Assembly: GCA_964016885.1 (NCBI GenBank)
Contig: OZ024741.1
Location: forward strand, 311,922,001-311,986,000
Source: Eledone cirrhosa
Taxonomy: Eukaryota
Length of the DNA stretch: 64,000 bases
Direction: 5' to 3'
The notes under the pieces are model-generated. The model made no database searches, had not been told where the DNA came from, and was given only the letters and a program-made list of their open reading frames with translations. Below are positions 51,905 to 64,000 of the stretch, one piece after another. Position numbers and translations under genes: made by a program. Within the stretch, counting starts at the first letter, position 1; each line of letters opens with the position of its first letter.

Positions 51905-52335
51905 AATTTTTGAGGCAGGCCACCACGCTCGCAGCGTTGCCTGAAGTGAAGGAGACGCTGAGGTGCTGGAACATACAAGTCCCTTCATGAACATCACCAT
52001 TACTTCTGTTTGGCGAGCCGCCAGTGAAGATAAGAATCTCGCTATCAGTAGCCCGACTCCCCCAAACGCCTCGAAGGCCATACGCTCTATAATGTAGTTA
52101 ACTGAGAGAACACGGTAATTTAGGGTCTTGTTCCGTTCAGCTGCGGATGCTGTATCTCTCGCCCTTACCGCTGCATCCAGTATGTGTGAAGAAGCAAAAG
52201 AGTCACTAACTGTGACGTCCCAGATAAGGCAACTGCCTCTTGACCAGGAGCACAGAGTAAGACCGTTAGGTCTTTCCCATCAATTCAGGACATCCTAGAT
52301 GGTTCCAAAATTGAGGGGATGTTTGCACGGGCCAA
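51905..52335 (-). mobile_element. CRE-like non-LTR retrotransposon 3' fragment (restriction-like endonuclease)
   Basis: Minus strand translates DGKRPNGLTLCSWSRGSCLIWDVTVSDSFASS...AAERNK...MAFEAFGGVG. Confidence 0.7.
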
Positions 52336-52554
52336 AGCTCTAAAGTGGTAATAGGACAGTATGTGCGCGCGCGAGATTTTGTCGGAGTTCTTAAATCAGG
52401 GACACGTGTGTGTGTATCACTGTTTTTAAGTTAGACATATATATGTGTGTATACTTTCCTTCCTTTTACACACACATACATTCGCACAAACACACAAACA
52501 CATTGCGTGATGGACGGGGACAAATGTCCCTCAAATTTATACACATATGCTTGT

Positions 52555-53185
52555 AGTTCTACTGAAGCAGTTAGAGAAGTTCAAGTATCTTGGAACCGTG
52601 TTCATCAGTGATGGAATGCAGGAGGCTGAATTAAGTGCAAAAATTGCAAAAGCTGATGCAGTAATGCGCCAGCCTCAACAAGAAGATGTAGGGGTAGGTG
52701 TAAAAGCCAAACTCGATGGTTTCCTGGTAATCCCGCCAACTCTTACTGAGGATCATGAATCTTGAGTAATGACCAAAATAATACAATTGCAAATAAAATC
52801 GGCAGAAATGGGATTCCTCCGAAGAGTCTTTGGAGTAAGGTTATTCGATAAAGTGCATAGCTTAGAGACCAGAGAGTCATTCCTGGTAGAGCCGCTACCT
52901 CCCCAAATTTAGAGAGCACAACCCCAATATTATGAACATGTGGTTAGAATGTCTCAGTAAAGAATCGCTGGACACATTTTACAGGCAAAACCAACCGGCA
53001 AAAGACCAAGAGGTTGAAGCTGAGCAAGATAGTTGGATAGCATCCATGTGCTTGGCTGGTCACGCTTTGGGATCCAGCTGGATCTGTTGGAGATGTATAC
53101 TACTGACAGATTCGCTGGAAAGGAGTGTTTGAGAAGGACTCTGCCCTCACAACCCTCTCAGAAATAAGTGGGTGGAGAAAAAGAT
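52555..53185 (+). mobile_element. RTE-clade LINE 3' fragment
   Basis: LKQLEKFKYLGTVFISDG, (W)VMTK...AEMGFLRRV, HVVRM...AKPTGKRPRG. Confidence 0.75.
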
Positions 53186-53329
53186 ATTGTCAATTAACTA
53201 TTCAATTTACATATATCTTTATGCATATATATTTGCGTATAATACCAAAATGTACACTACATATGCTAGTTGAAAACCTCACGTGGGGCGGTTTTTCTGT
53301 TAGTATATATAATGTTAGTATTAATATTA

Positions 53330-53515
53330 TGGATTGGCAGTATCGGTAGAGGGTCAGACACCATGGTTTCCAGCATAGTTACGTCCCTTCACAATCTGAG
53401 TTCAAATCCCGCTGAGGTTGACTTTGCCTTTCATCCTTACGGGGTCGATAAAATAAAGTACAAGTAATGCACTGGGTAATTGCTGGCCTTGTGTCTAAAG
53501 TAGAAACAATTAATA
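53330..53515 (+). mobile_element. tRNA-derived SINE
   Basis: Same family. Confidence 0.85.
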
Positions 53516-53551
53516 TTATAGTTATAATATTAATGGTATACTGATTCACTG

Positions 53552-53998
53552 AATTATCTAAACTATCGAAAAAACTACGGTAATTTCCCCACGAAACAAA
53601 ATACGTCGAAAGCAAACATATTCCCCATGTAACGTTGATTCACAGAGGTTTAGGAATATTTAGGTTTTGAAAATTACCGCGTATCAAGTCATGGTGTGGT
53701 AGTATTTTGTTTACTAATAAAACAGTTCACTTATATCATTTTCTTAACTGAAAATTAAATTTTATAAATTTTACTTTCCTCACATGCATTTTTATTTTAC
53801 AACTATTTAGTGTTTATTTCTCTTTTATATTTTATGCAAATAAACAACGGCAAGCAAATCTACGGCTGGAGAGATGGTAATGCCATATATTTGGGGTGTC
53901 GTCTCAACCGGCGTATATAGGCCTAAACCTGAATTACACCTCAGAATATGATGAGTCGACCTATGCAGCGGATGAAATTTTACACCGGCATATACGAT
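53552..53998. mobile_element. Second copy of the 35213-35685 element
   Basis: gaattatctaaactatcg...ccggcatatacg is homologous throughout. Confidence 0.7.
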
Positions 53999-54133
53999 AT
54001 GGTTGGTTTTCACTTCTGTATCTTTTATATCAATTAATTTTTTGGGTCCTCAATGTTAACCAGCGACGATACGGATCACCCGCCAGCTCGGGGCCCAACG
54101 TCATGTCAACCGTTCCGAATATTATCGTCTAGT

Positions 54134-54562
54134 GAAAGAAATGGAAATTTATTTTTCCAAGCACTCCAAGAATGTAACTGTCTTAAGCGTCGGGTGTGTT
54201 AGCGGGAAGTTCGCCACCGACGGCTGGCCATCCTATATACCAAACGATTACTAGTTATTCACACTGGAGGGGGATTTAGTTAAGTGCTAGTAGGAGGAGG
54301 CATGATAAAGTTAAAAGTTATGATTAAGACTAGAATTTAAAGGTACTGTTTGGCGGTCAATAACCGGTGGCGCGGCGGGTTCCAAGTCTGACAGGGCCCC
54401 AGGGCGAAGCAGCTGCTCAAAGTAATTTCGTTTGCCGAAAGAAGGAGAAATTTATTTTTCCAAGCCCTCTAGGAAGGCTGATCGACCCGAGCCCCTGGCG
54501 TGCAGTCTGGAAAACGCCATATTCGTCGGATCATCCCGTGTACCAAACGATTATTAGTTACT
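54134..54562. repeat. Diverged ~125-bp direct repeat (54134-54258 / 54438-54562)
   Basis: gaaagaa.g..aaatttatttttccaagc...taccaaacgatta.tagtta occurs twice. Confidence 0.7.
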
Positions 54563-54731
54563 AACACCCGTGATGTGAAGTTGAAAGTGGTAAACTCTGA
54601 TGAAATGTGCAAATAGACTATATTTAGTCCCCAGTTAGTCCGGGTTATATGTAGTGTGATTCTTGGGTGAATAAAGATGAACAGATACAAGGGTACATAG
54701 AGTAATATTCTAGGGACGTGTGCTAAGTATA

Positions 54732-54922
54732 TAATTGTTTCTACTTTTGGCACAAGGCCAGCAATTACCCAGTACATTACTGGCACTTTATTTTATCGAC
54801 CCCGTAAGGATGAAAGTCAACGTTAACCTCGGCGAGATCTGAACTCAGATCATAAAGGGACGTAACTCTATGCTTCAAAGCATGGCGTCCGATTCTCTAC
54901 CGATACTGCCAATCCACCGCCC
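54732..54922 (-). mobile_element. tRNA-derived SINE
   Basis: Same family. Confidence 0.85.
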
Positions 54923-55504
54923 TTTATAAGTATATCATGATAAGTATATAATGAGAGTAAAGCGAGTAAATAAATACATAAATAAAAACATAAGTAAAAT
55001 ACATAAATATAATGCAGTCATAACTAGGGTGGTGATGAAGGGAGTAAAGAGGAAGTATATAAGAACATATCGAAGAAATAAAAATACAGGAGAAAAACAA
55101 TACAGATCAGGTGCAGTTGGAGAATACAAGGCTATACATATAGAATAGAGGATGAAAGAGTTGGAATGGTATCAGGTGATACCTAATGTATGTCCGAGTC
55201 CAAATTGTCAATGTGAATCCCAAAAGCCCTGAAATATAGAATAGATAATTCAGTCAATACAATACACGGTATAGTAGAATATGCAGACTCCATGATGTCT
55301 GACGGAACCTGAATATATATTCCCGACTGGGAAGCAGCAGTGCATGTTCCAGGTTGGCGGTAGACAAAGCCCAATGCAACCAAAATCCGAGTGGTGTGTA
55401 GTTAGTCCCATGTTGGTGATAGGTGTACACTGGAATCAGTGCCGCTGTTCATTATTACATCTGAAAGCGTTCGACATTTCCTGGAGGATTATTTATTTAG
55501 GTTT

Positions 55505-55696
55505 GGTGAATTGGCTGTACCGGTAGAGGGTCGGTCGCCATGCTTTGCAGCAAAAAAGAGTTATGTCCCTTTATGGTCTGAGTTCAAATGCCGCCGAGTT
55601 TAACTTTGCCTTTCATGCTTACGGGGTCGATAAAATAAAGTACAAGTAATACACTGGGATAATTGCTGGCCTTGTGCCAAAAGTAGAAACAATTAT
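55505..55696 (+). mobile_element. tRNA-derived SINE
   Basis: Same family. Confidence 0.85.
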
Positions 55697-56463
55697 TTAT
55701 TTAGGTTTGTTGGTTTACCACTGGATAGAACTGGTCATTCCGTATGGTCAACCTCGATGTAATATTATGGAAAGCACTCAACGTAATGCAACTCACCCGC
55801 CTTCCTTTGTGTAGTATATAGTGCGAGTACGGAGTTAATTATTATAAAATAACAGGAGGATAGACTGGTGTACTTCCTTGAAAGGTTTATTATACTATGA
55901 TCGTTTGAATGACCGGGTTCAGTATGAATCCGATGACATCATCAGGTATTTGAAATATAACAAAGGAATATAATAGACAAAATCCATGTGGCTGAAAGTC
56001 AGAGACATGAGGGCACACTAACATTTAGCATCTTCTACCCCGCTGTTCGTTGTTTTGTATATCAATATTCAAAACAAGATATTCAAAACAACGAACAGCG
56101 GAGGACACGTTTCGCACCTTTCCGACAGATAACCTCCCCCCACCCCGGAAAAAAACCCCAGTTGATGGATGTGAATCCGAAATATATAGGGATAATTAAA
56201 TCTCTCCCAAGGTAACACTATCTCGTGTTATTTTTATTTTTTTCGCTCTTTCCTACGTCCTTCTACACACTATACATCTCATTCTACATTTACTTACATC
56301 TCTCTCTTCACCACCGGATCTTGTTACACGGAGAATTACCCATCTGCATTGTTGAGGCTTCCAAACCGACCTAAGGAAAATATATTTATATATATATATA
56401 TATAGTGGTATTTATCCGTAGTGGTAGAGCACTCAGTCCATGGGACGAGTTAGGTAGAACTTG

Positions 56464-56610
56464 TTACACAACAGTTAGTTCACCATACCGAGAACAATTG
56501 TTTCACCTTGGCGGATCCTCAGTCGTAATGTATAATCATGTCCATTACGAGCTGAGGATCCACTAAGGTGAAACATTTGTTCTCGGTATGGTGAAATAAC
56601 AGTTGTGTAA
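56464..56610. ncRNA. Divergent inverted pair of hammerhead motifs (56489-56525 minus, 56548-56585 plus) between (TA)n tracts
   Basis: CGAG-CTGAGGA-T-CC actaa GG-T-GAAA-CATTTG-TT^CTCG with a perfect stem I; the mirror copy has loop CAATTG. Confidence 0.8.
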
Positions 56611-56612
56611 CC

Positions 56613-56673
<61 letters not shown>

Positions 56674-56856
56674 AATCCAGCTAGATCTACCTATAAACAT
56701 ACATGATCTGAAGGATTCTTCGGGTGAATCGCTTAATCTCAAGTTTGGTTTCCTAAAATCTATACCCAACTCATCATTTAGACTCAGTGCTCTACTATTG
56801 TTGGATATAACCTCCCGTTTTTTACCACTATATATGTATATATATATATAAAATTA

Positions 56857-56937
<81 letters not shown>

Positions 56938-57599
56938 GAGAGAGAGTATTGTATGCAGATAGATGACCAGTTAGGACAGTGCATCAACACCACTCCTACA
57001 GTACTCGAACTGCTAGACCTCGAATTATGTAGCAATAAGCACCCAACCGAAGCATTTCAGATTTCATCTGGTGGTAGACAGCCTATATACATTCAAGAAT
57101 AAGTATGTATAAATGGTTTATATATCAAATTCTCCGCAACATTTTCATTGCCTGTGTTTCAAGGGGTTTGATGACTATGCATAGTGTTGTTTCCTTAGCA
57201 TACATCTGGTCTCTTCAGATTAGTTTATCCACAACTGTTTCTATGGAGAACCAGGTGTGCACAGTTAGTGGAGCTGATAATATTAATTTTTTTTCCTCTC
57301 GAATATCAGCCACCCTCTCAAGTGGTGACCACATCAATACCTATTTATAGAATCATAGGGACGTTACCCGAGCACCACCAACACACATACAGGCTACTAG
57401 TCTTCCGTAGCATTCCATAGAACCGGTGCTGGATAGATTAATGTTCGGCAGACCATCTGAAGAGAGCCGGTTGATGCTAGAGAGAAAACTTTGCATAGTG
57501 GTCAAAACAGTCGAAACAATTGTAATGGAATATTTCCGAATAAATTTATGTAAAAGCCTATTGTCTTTCAATATACATTCATACATACATATACATACA

Positions 57600-57648
<49 letters not shown>

Positions 57649-57972
57649 AATAAGTAGCATGTTTATGATATGATATAACTCGCTGGCAATTAGAACCATG
57701 ATATACAAAGTTAGTAACTAGAGATTTCCTGTTCTTTAATTTTAACTGTTACCTTTCTTTTATTAATGTTACACTTAACTGCACACCCAACCCACAAACT
57801 GACACAAGCACGTGTCTGAGTGTGTGTTGCTGTCGGTGTTTGAGTATATTTATGTGTGATTGATATATTTTATGTATGAAAGGTTATGATAAGCACTCTC
57901 ACACACACCAAGACACACGGAAACACACACACACACGCACACAGCCACACACACACACACAAACACACACAA

Positions 57973-58007
<35 letters not shown>

Positions 58008-58012
<5 letters not shown>

Positions 58013-58871
58013 AGATAAGCAGAATAAGCAAAATTCAAACAATTTTAAAAAAAATATAATTTAAATATTTACTCACCCCAGAGCTCTTACTGATCAGTTT
58101 CACTTCACAAAACATTAAAAATCCATAGGATCTCCAATGGAAAAGAGAAGATCTTCGGAAAGTATTTTCCTTTCCTAGGGCAAGAAGTCCAAGGAACGGC
58201 AAAATATATTGCCTTCTACTAGTTAGTACAGGGTCGAAAGAGGCCGAAATTTGACCTATACATGAACCAGTCCGTAGCAAAAGCGGAAGTAAACATAGAC
58301 GTGTTGTCTGTCTCACCACTAAAAATAGCAGGTAAATAGAACAGCAGATGTGTTCTCTACATAACGGACAATATTAAATGAAGTTAATATGCCCACGGGT
58401 ACTAAGTACCCCTGGAAATATATAGGGTGTCTATGAAACAGGGTTGTTCAATGGTATACTTTGACATACCAGAACTATAATATTGAGATAAGCAGAATAA
58501 GCAAAATTCAAACAATTTCTTTTAAAAAATGTTAAAATATATAATTTAAATATTTACTCACCCCAGAGCTCTTACTGATCAGTTTCACTTCACAAAACAT
58601 TAGAAATCCATAGGATCTCCAATGGAAAAGAGAAGATCTTCGGAAAGCATTTTCCTTTCCTAGGGCAAAAAGTCCCAGGAACGGCAAAATATATTGCCTT
58701 CTACTAGTTAGTACAGGGTCAAAAGAGGTTGAAATTTCACCTATACATGAACCAGTCCGTAGCAAAAGCGGAAGTAAACATAGACGTGTTGTCTGTCTCA
58801 CCACTAAAATTAGAACAACAGATTTGTTCTCTACATAACGGAGAATATTAAATGAAGTTAATATGCCCACG
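58008..58871. repeat. Tandem duplication of a ~390-bp unit (58008-58397 / 58480-58871)
   Basis: Near-identical units beginning tattgagataagcagaataagcaaaattc. Confidence 0.9.
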
Positions 58872-58887
58872 GATATATATATATATA

Positions 58888-59106
58888 TAGGAAAAAGTAT
58901 GACCCCTACGGAAGAGCTCAAGCCGTTTCGACCGCTATTTCTGGAATAAATTAGAACAAAATTCTAATTTAGTCCAGAAATAGCCGTCGAAACGCCCTGA
59001 GCTCTGCCGTCGAGGTCATACTCTTTCCTATTTCCCACTCTACTACCCTAAGTATTGAGTACTCTAGTGCGTTATGGTCCATCTGGTTCCTTACCACAAT
59101 TCTTTT

Positions 59107-59108
<2 letters not shown>
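58888..59108. repeat. Asymmetric hairpin element, homolog of 30905-31103
   Basis: Arms 58888-58955 / 58963-59030 plus the shared tail; flanked by (TA)n. Confidence 0.8.
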
Positions 59109-59139
<31 letters not shown>

Positions 59140-59141
<2 letters not shown>

Positions 59142-59331
59142 TAAAAAGGAAAAGAAAATGCTGAAGAACTTTTCCCAGTGAAAAATAGTTTAATTAGGAA
59201 TAATTATAAATTAGTACTAAGTATTAGTTAGTATTCAATTTTAGTTTTAAGTTTTTACCAGTTGCGCATTTCTTATGCTTTTCAAAAATAATTTGGAGAT
59301 AGAGTGCTCGTGATTTTTGCTCTAATCTGAT
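59140..59331 (-). mobile_element. Solo Neptune-like pLTR fragment with variant hammerhead
   Basis: Homologous to 24541-24735. Confidence 0.8.
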
Positions 59332-59343
59332 ATATATATAAAA

Positions 59344-59408
59344 GTTAATGTTGTTGATGCAATGACATGTCTCGTTACAATCTGATCCAAAATTTCCTGC
59401 TAGATATT
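59344..59408 (-). pseudogene. Truncated EGF-like exon paralog
   Basis: ttcAG|EYLAGNFGSDCNETCHCINNIN, then cut by (TA)n and the pLTR; first Cys changed to Tyr; upstream intron resembles 44496-44580. Confidence 0.75.
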
Positions 59409-59693
59409 CTGAAATTATCAGTATAGATAATAATGTTGCAGATATCCATATGTACTTACAGGTATAAATGAGATAACAATTATACAATTTTATACCATAT
59501 CAATATTTTTGAGATTATGACAAACGAATGAAACTGAATACGCCTAGGGAGGTAATGTTCCGAAAACATATGGAAGTAACAATCAATATAAATTGCAAAA
59601 TTACGTTCACAAATAGTAAATCTTTTACACTACTTATCAGTTTCTGCGTTATTTATCACTGATATTAATAAATAACGACAATAAATAACTGTA

Positions 59694-59860
59694 TCTATAT
59701 ATATAAAACTGATGTTGTCTGTGTGTGTCCTCATTTTTGCATAGTCTATACAAATCCACATTTCTACTCCGATTGACTTCAAACTTGTATGTATATATTC
59801 CTTGCGGTCTAAAGATACTAACTGCCGCTTTTCTTTTTCAATTTTCTACAGTTAAAGGGG
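59694..59860 (+). mobile_element. Possible Helitron 5' end
   Basis: A|TCTATATATATAAAACTGATGTTGTCTGTGTGTGTC; no matching 3' terminus identified. Confidence 0.4.
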
Positions 59861-60401
59861 TGTTAGGTGCCGGTTATCGATCGCCGTCGAGTCCTTATAA
59901 TATCTGTCTGTATATCTGGCGAGGACCTTCTTGTTACAATTTTATTTATTACATTTTTCTTACTCGATTTATATGTAAATCCCCCGGCCATGTACATGTC
60001 CCTTTCTTGTGTGCCCTCGTGGCAAATAAACAGAAATTCGTCTGATTAACGACATTCTGACGAACACGTCATTGCTGACGTATTATCTTCGCTACATTCA
60101 CCTTACACACACACATATATACATATATACTTATATATACATATATATATATATATACACATATATACACATATACATATACGCACACATATAAACACAT
60201 ACATATATATATATATATACATATACAAACATATACACATATATAGATGTACACATACACACATATATAAATATACACATAAAAATATATGTATATACAC
60301 ACACACATATATAAATATACATATATACTTACACAGACACATATATATATATATATGCATACAGACACACACACACACACATATATATATATAAATTTGT
60401 A

Positions 60402-60461
<60 letters not shown>

Positions 60462-60568
60462 TTTACATATACACCAATTAAACAAAGTCACAGATATATA
60501 TGTGTTTTAGTAACCATTCACGATGTGGCTCAATGAAAAATTAATAAATTAAATAATCAGAGCAAAAT

Positions 60569-60940
60569 ACTATAAAGTAAAGCATGTCCATATAATCATT
60601 TGATAATATATATACATCATTTCTTCTCCCATCTATCATAATTAACTACACAAAAACTCAATTAGACCAGGCTATAAGATTAAAAGGCACCTATGAAGAA
60701 ACAGTAAATAAATAAACGATAGCAGCGTCTTCGCGGCCAACCGCTACAGAATAGTTACCCAGCATTTCAACAGCACGTGGAAATTAATTAAATATACGGT
60801 CAACCATACGCAATTAGGTGTAAAATTAAAGTTTGACATGCTTATATACATACCATCGTGTGGTTAATTATGCTAGTTGGGAGAAGAAATGATGTATATA
60901 TATTATCAAATGGTTCTATGGACATGCTTTACTTTATAGT
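60569..60940. repeat. MITE-like element with ~82-bp terminal inverted repeats
   Basis: actataaagtaaagcatgtccata...taattaactaca versus tgtggttaatta...tatggacatgctttactttatagt. Confidence 0.8.
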
Positions 60941-61924
60941 ATATATATATATATATATATATATCCTAAACGGACGGTAGTCCGTTTAGTAATTTTGTTG
61001 TGGTCGTGTTTTCGTTGGCAATCGTCTGTTTACGACAGTACAGCGCGGCTCTACTTTATTTAACTGAGATAAAACTTATATGAGAATCAACAGTAGATCA
61101 TTAGGCATCTTTTGGCTTAACAATCTAGAAATTTGGTCCAGCGGGAAAAAGTTTATAATCAAAGTTTGCTGATAAATCTTGTGTTCAAGTGAGTGAGTAG
61201 TAAGCGTGACGCTAGGGGAGGTAATTACGAGGTAATTACAAAGGGAGGTAATCTAATATATATCAAATTGTATTTTTAACTAAATTCATTTATCATAGTC
61301 TAATATTTTAAAAATAGGTGAGTGCTCCACGATGATGACCCTTGTCCCCGCCATGTGGAGGGGATGTTTAGGAACCATCCAGATATCATGTGACCATTTT
61401 TGGTTCGCGGTGTCCACATGATATCTGGATGGCCCTTTATACTAATTAGTCATTTATCTGCATAAAAATTATACCAGATCATTCTGATTATTGGCTTGAA
61501 ATCTTTTACAAAATTACTATGAGCAACTAAGAGGTCATCAATAGAAATAGAATTACTTTTTGAAGTTTTCATGCACAGCATTTTTGGGGATTTTAAATAA
61601 AAGTTAATATCATAATTCTTATTTTGTATACCCACATTGCAGATACAGAGAAACATGACAATCCTATATAAAGGTCGTAGACAGCAGTATCAGTTTTTAT
61701 CCGTAACACCATTGAAATGCACAAGTTTCACCAATTCACTATTATGCACTAATCATCTCAAATGCATTCATGATTTACTAGCTTTGTCATTAAGCCAGTT
61801 GCCTCAACTAGATTGCAATTATACTCAAAAGAACTTTAAAATGTCAATCACTTGTCAGTAATTCACTATGATCTTTTAATTATTGGATAGTTGTTGCTTG
61901 CATTGCCTTAAAAAATAGTAGACC

Positions 61925-62947
61925 AGATAGAAAAATGCGTACAGCAAAAAAAGTAATATTGTTGGAATATAAACCTTTAAACATACAGGACAAGAAACTA
62001 AAATAAAACTTTAAAAGAATATAGGACAAGAAACTAAGATAAAACTTTAAAGAATTGGACAAGAAATAAAAAATTTTACAATAATATAAATGGCAAAACT
62101 TTTGTATTCGTTTCCTGTGCTATGCCCCAGTATCTTCTTGATTAGTGCATAATAATTGTCATGCTCTCATTGTGCGTTGCCCCTGAGCGGTTGGTTCTGG
62201 TTGGGGTTGGCTGGCTGAGAAGTTCTGCTCCGTCAGAATGACCAGTGCAAGAAGAATTGGCCGATGCAGCTGCAGGTCTCCTCCAAGAATGCACTTCTGG
62301 TCCCGCAACACCAGACGAAGATGGAGAAGACGACCGGGACAAGATGTCGACTCTGACCACCAACTACGGCACCTCCCTCAACCACCGGTCCTCCCTCCCT
62401 CTGTCCCGTCATCCCTCCAGTCCACCTGCTCCCCCTTCCTGTACCAGAAAGCTGTGGCACGCATTCATCTGGACTGCCGGACTTGAACTCAAGGACAAGA
62501 TGCAAGAAGAAGATGGACAGGTTGGTCAAGATCAAGGATGAGCGGGATGACAAGACCGTCCGCTGCTGCTCAAGATCTGTGCTCATGGGCCCATGGGTCC
62601 ATTCACATTATGCATGACACATGAGGCGTGTCGCCGAATGATGAAATAGGGGTATGGTTATGGCCCAATTGGTGTTCAAACCAGGATCAAATGATCCCCC
62701 CTGTCTGACGACGACCTCTGAATGTGGAACCCAGAGCCTATGAATGTGGAACTCGATTTTTTACCAATAAAAATTTTGCCACTAATATTATTGTAAAATT
62801 TTTTATTTCTTGTCCAATTCTTTAAAGTTTTATTTTAGTTTCTTGTCCTATTCTTTTAAAGTTTTATTTTAGTTTCTTGTCCTGTATGTTTAAAGGTTTA
62901 TATTCCAACAATATTACTTTTTTTTTGCTGTACGCATTTTTCTATCT
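61925..62947. mobile_element. DNA transposon derivative with ~175-bp TIRs containing ~33-bp subrepeats and a GC-richer, decayed coding-like core (possibly MULE)
   Basis: TIRs 61925-62100 / 62770-62947; ggacaagaaa..aaaataaaactttaaa x3; internal TTNYGTSLNHR...RHPS weakly resembles the MULE TNNxxExxH...HP motif. Confidence 0.65.
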
Positions 62948-63265
62948 AGTATATATATGTACAGATACATTGTAGGTTGCTTTAAGCCGTCTTTTATTAT
63001 TCAAAAAACTTCTTGCCAATAAACATTAACCCTTTGTGCACCATTCATCTAATTGTAGATCAACAAATATAAAAAAAACGGAGCGTTGACAAGAACGACG
63101 GCTAATGAATGTTCGAGATAAGAAATTTCCTCTCAAGCTGTTAGTTCACGCGGGATTCTCTGCTACACCTTTTCGTAATAATACCGAACAACGTACTGCT
63201 GGTCACTCCTTCCTCCAAAAGCCGTACAAAGCATCTCTCTCTCTCACCCTCTCACTCTCTCTCTA

Positions 63266-63354
<89 letters not shown>

Positions 63355-63424
63355 ATATCTATATTTCTCTCTCTCTCTCTATATATATATAAATATATAT
63401 ATCTCCCTATATATATATATATTA

Positions 63425-63855
63425 TAGACGTATTATCTTCGTTTTTTCCGTTCATTGCCAGAGAACGTCTTCACGAACCAACTAATAGAATATTAGTCTA
63501 CGATTTCATTTATCCCATGAACGTGGTTTTGTCTTTGCGTGTAATTATTTTCACCGCTCCAAATAATGATGTTGTTTTCCCGTTCTTTGCCAGGGAACGT
63601 TTCCACGAACCAAAGTATCGTCTTCCTGTCTTCCTTCGGTTGCAACGTTTTTCGAAATATTTACTTCTGTGTTCACAGATTTCTTTTTTTAGTTTCAGAA
63701 GATCCCGTTAAGGGTGAAAGCGGTGATACTTTGCTTAAACTTTAATCTGTTATTTTAATAAATATTCGCTGTACAGTTCTTATATATTTGATATATATTT
63801 ATCCTTATCGAGCCCTCTTTGGATTTTAGTCTTCAAATTTCTCATTATTACTATA
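63425..63855 (+). mobile_element. Copy of the 15798-16230 pLTR-like family with a hammerhead-like core at 63696-63719
   Basis: Reverse-complement homology; CAGAAGA-T-CCC gttaa GGG-T-GAAA. Confidence 0.7.
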
Positions 63856-64000
63856 TATATATATTCGAAAAGCGTAAAATATCGGTATTTCAGAAAATAA
63901 TACGCAGCAAATAAAGTGACGATTTCGTCGTACCACACAACTTTACTGTCCGCAAAGTCAGTACGTCCCACACTTATGCAAAACATTACTTCTACCTATT

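Noticed and set aside
55895-55950. Minus-strand CTGATGA...hairpin...CAAACGATC followed by AATAAA
   Set aside because: Possibly a decayed HHR, but G12 is missing and stem I is unconvincing; no second copy is available for comparison.
60966-61435. Two small hairpins (60966-60989, 61375-61432) as Helitron ends or RNA genes
   Set aside because: No CTRR terminus at the expected distance and no other supporting motif.
61985-62080. CRISPR-like short direct repeats
   Set aside because: No unique spacers, mirrored in the opposite TIR, no cas genes, and a eukaryotic context.

Overview
This is AT-rich, microsatellite-saturated eukaryotic DNA. The SINE family and (TA)n/(CA)n density suggest a cephalopod, probably an octopod (inference). 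The window is almost entirely transposon-derived. It holds many Penelope-like element (PLE) copies and fragments of several families (RT plus C-terminal GIY-YIG; Hydra-like and Neptune-like types), three decayed RepHel Helitrons plus a fourth N-terminal fragment, a head-to-tail pair of non-autonomous Helitrons, RTE, R4/Dong-like and CRE-like non-LTR retrotransposons, nine copies of a tRNA-derived SINE and several foldback/MITE elements. The only host-gene signal is a set of symmetric phase-1 EGF-like exons on the minus strand (three intact at 43.7-44.5 kb, one broken at 59.4 kb). The most notable hidden layer, invisible in the ORF track, is about 20 minimal type-I hammerhead ribozyme (HHR) motifs from roughly nine PLE pseudo-LTR families. 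Many have non-canonical cores (U3:A8 plus A13C with covarying stems, U4C, U10.1-U11.1, an ~80-nt stem II). Several occur as tiny ORF-less inverted pairs in (TA)n tracts. All folds and alignments were done by eye; nothing was computed or searched.
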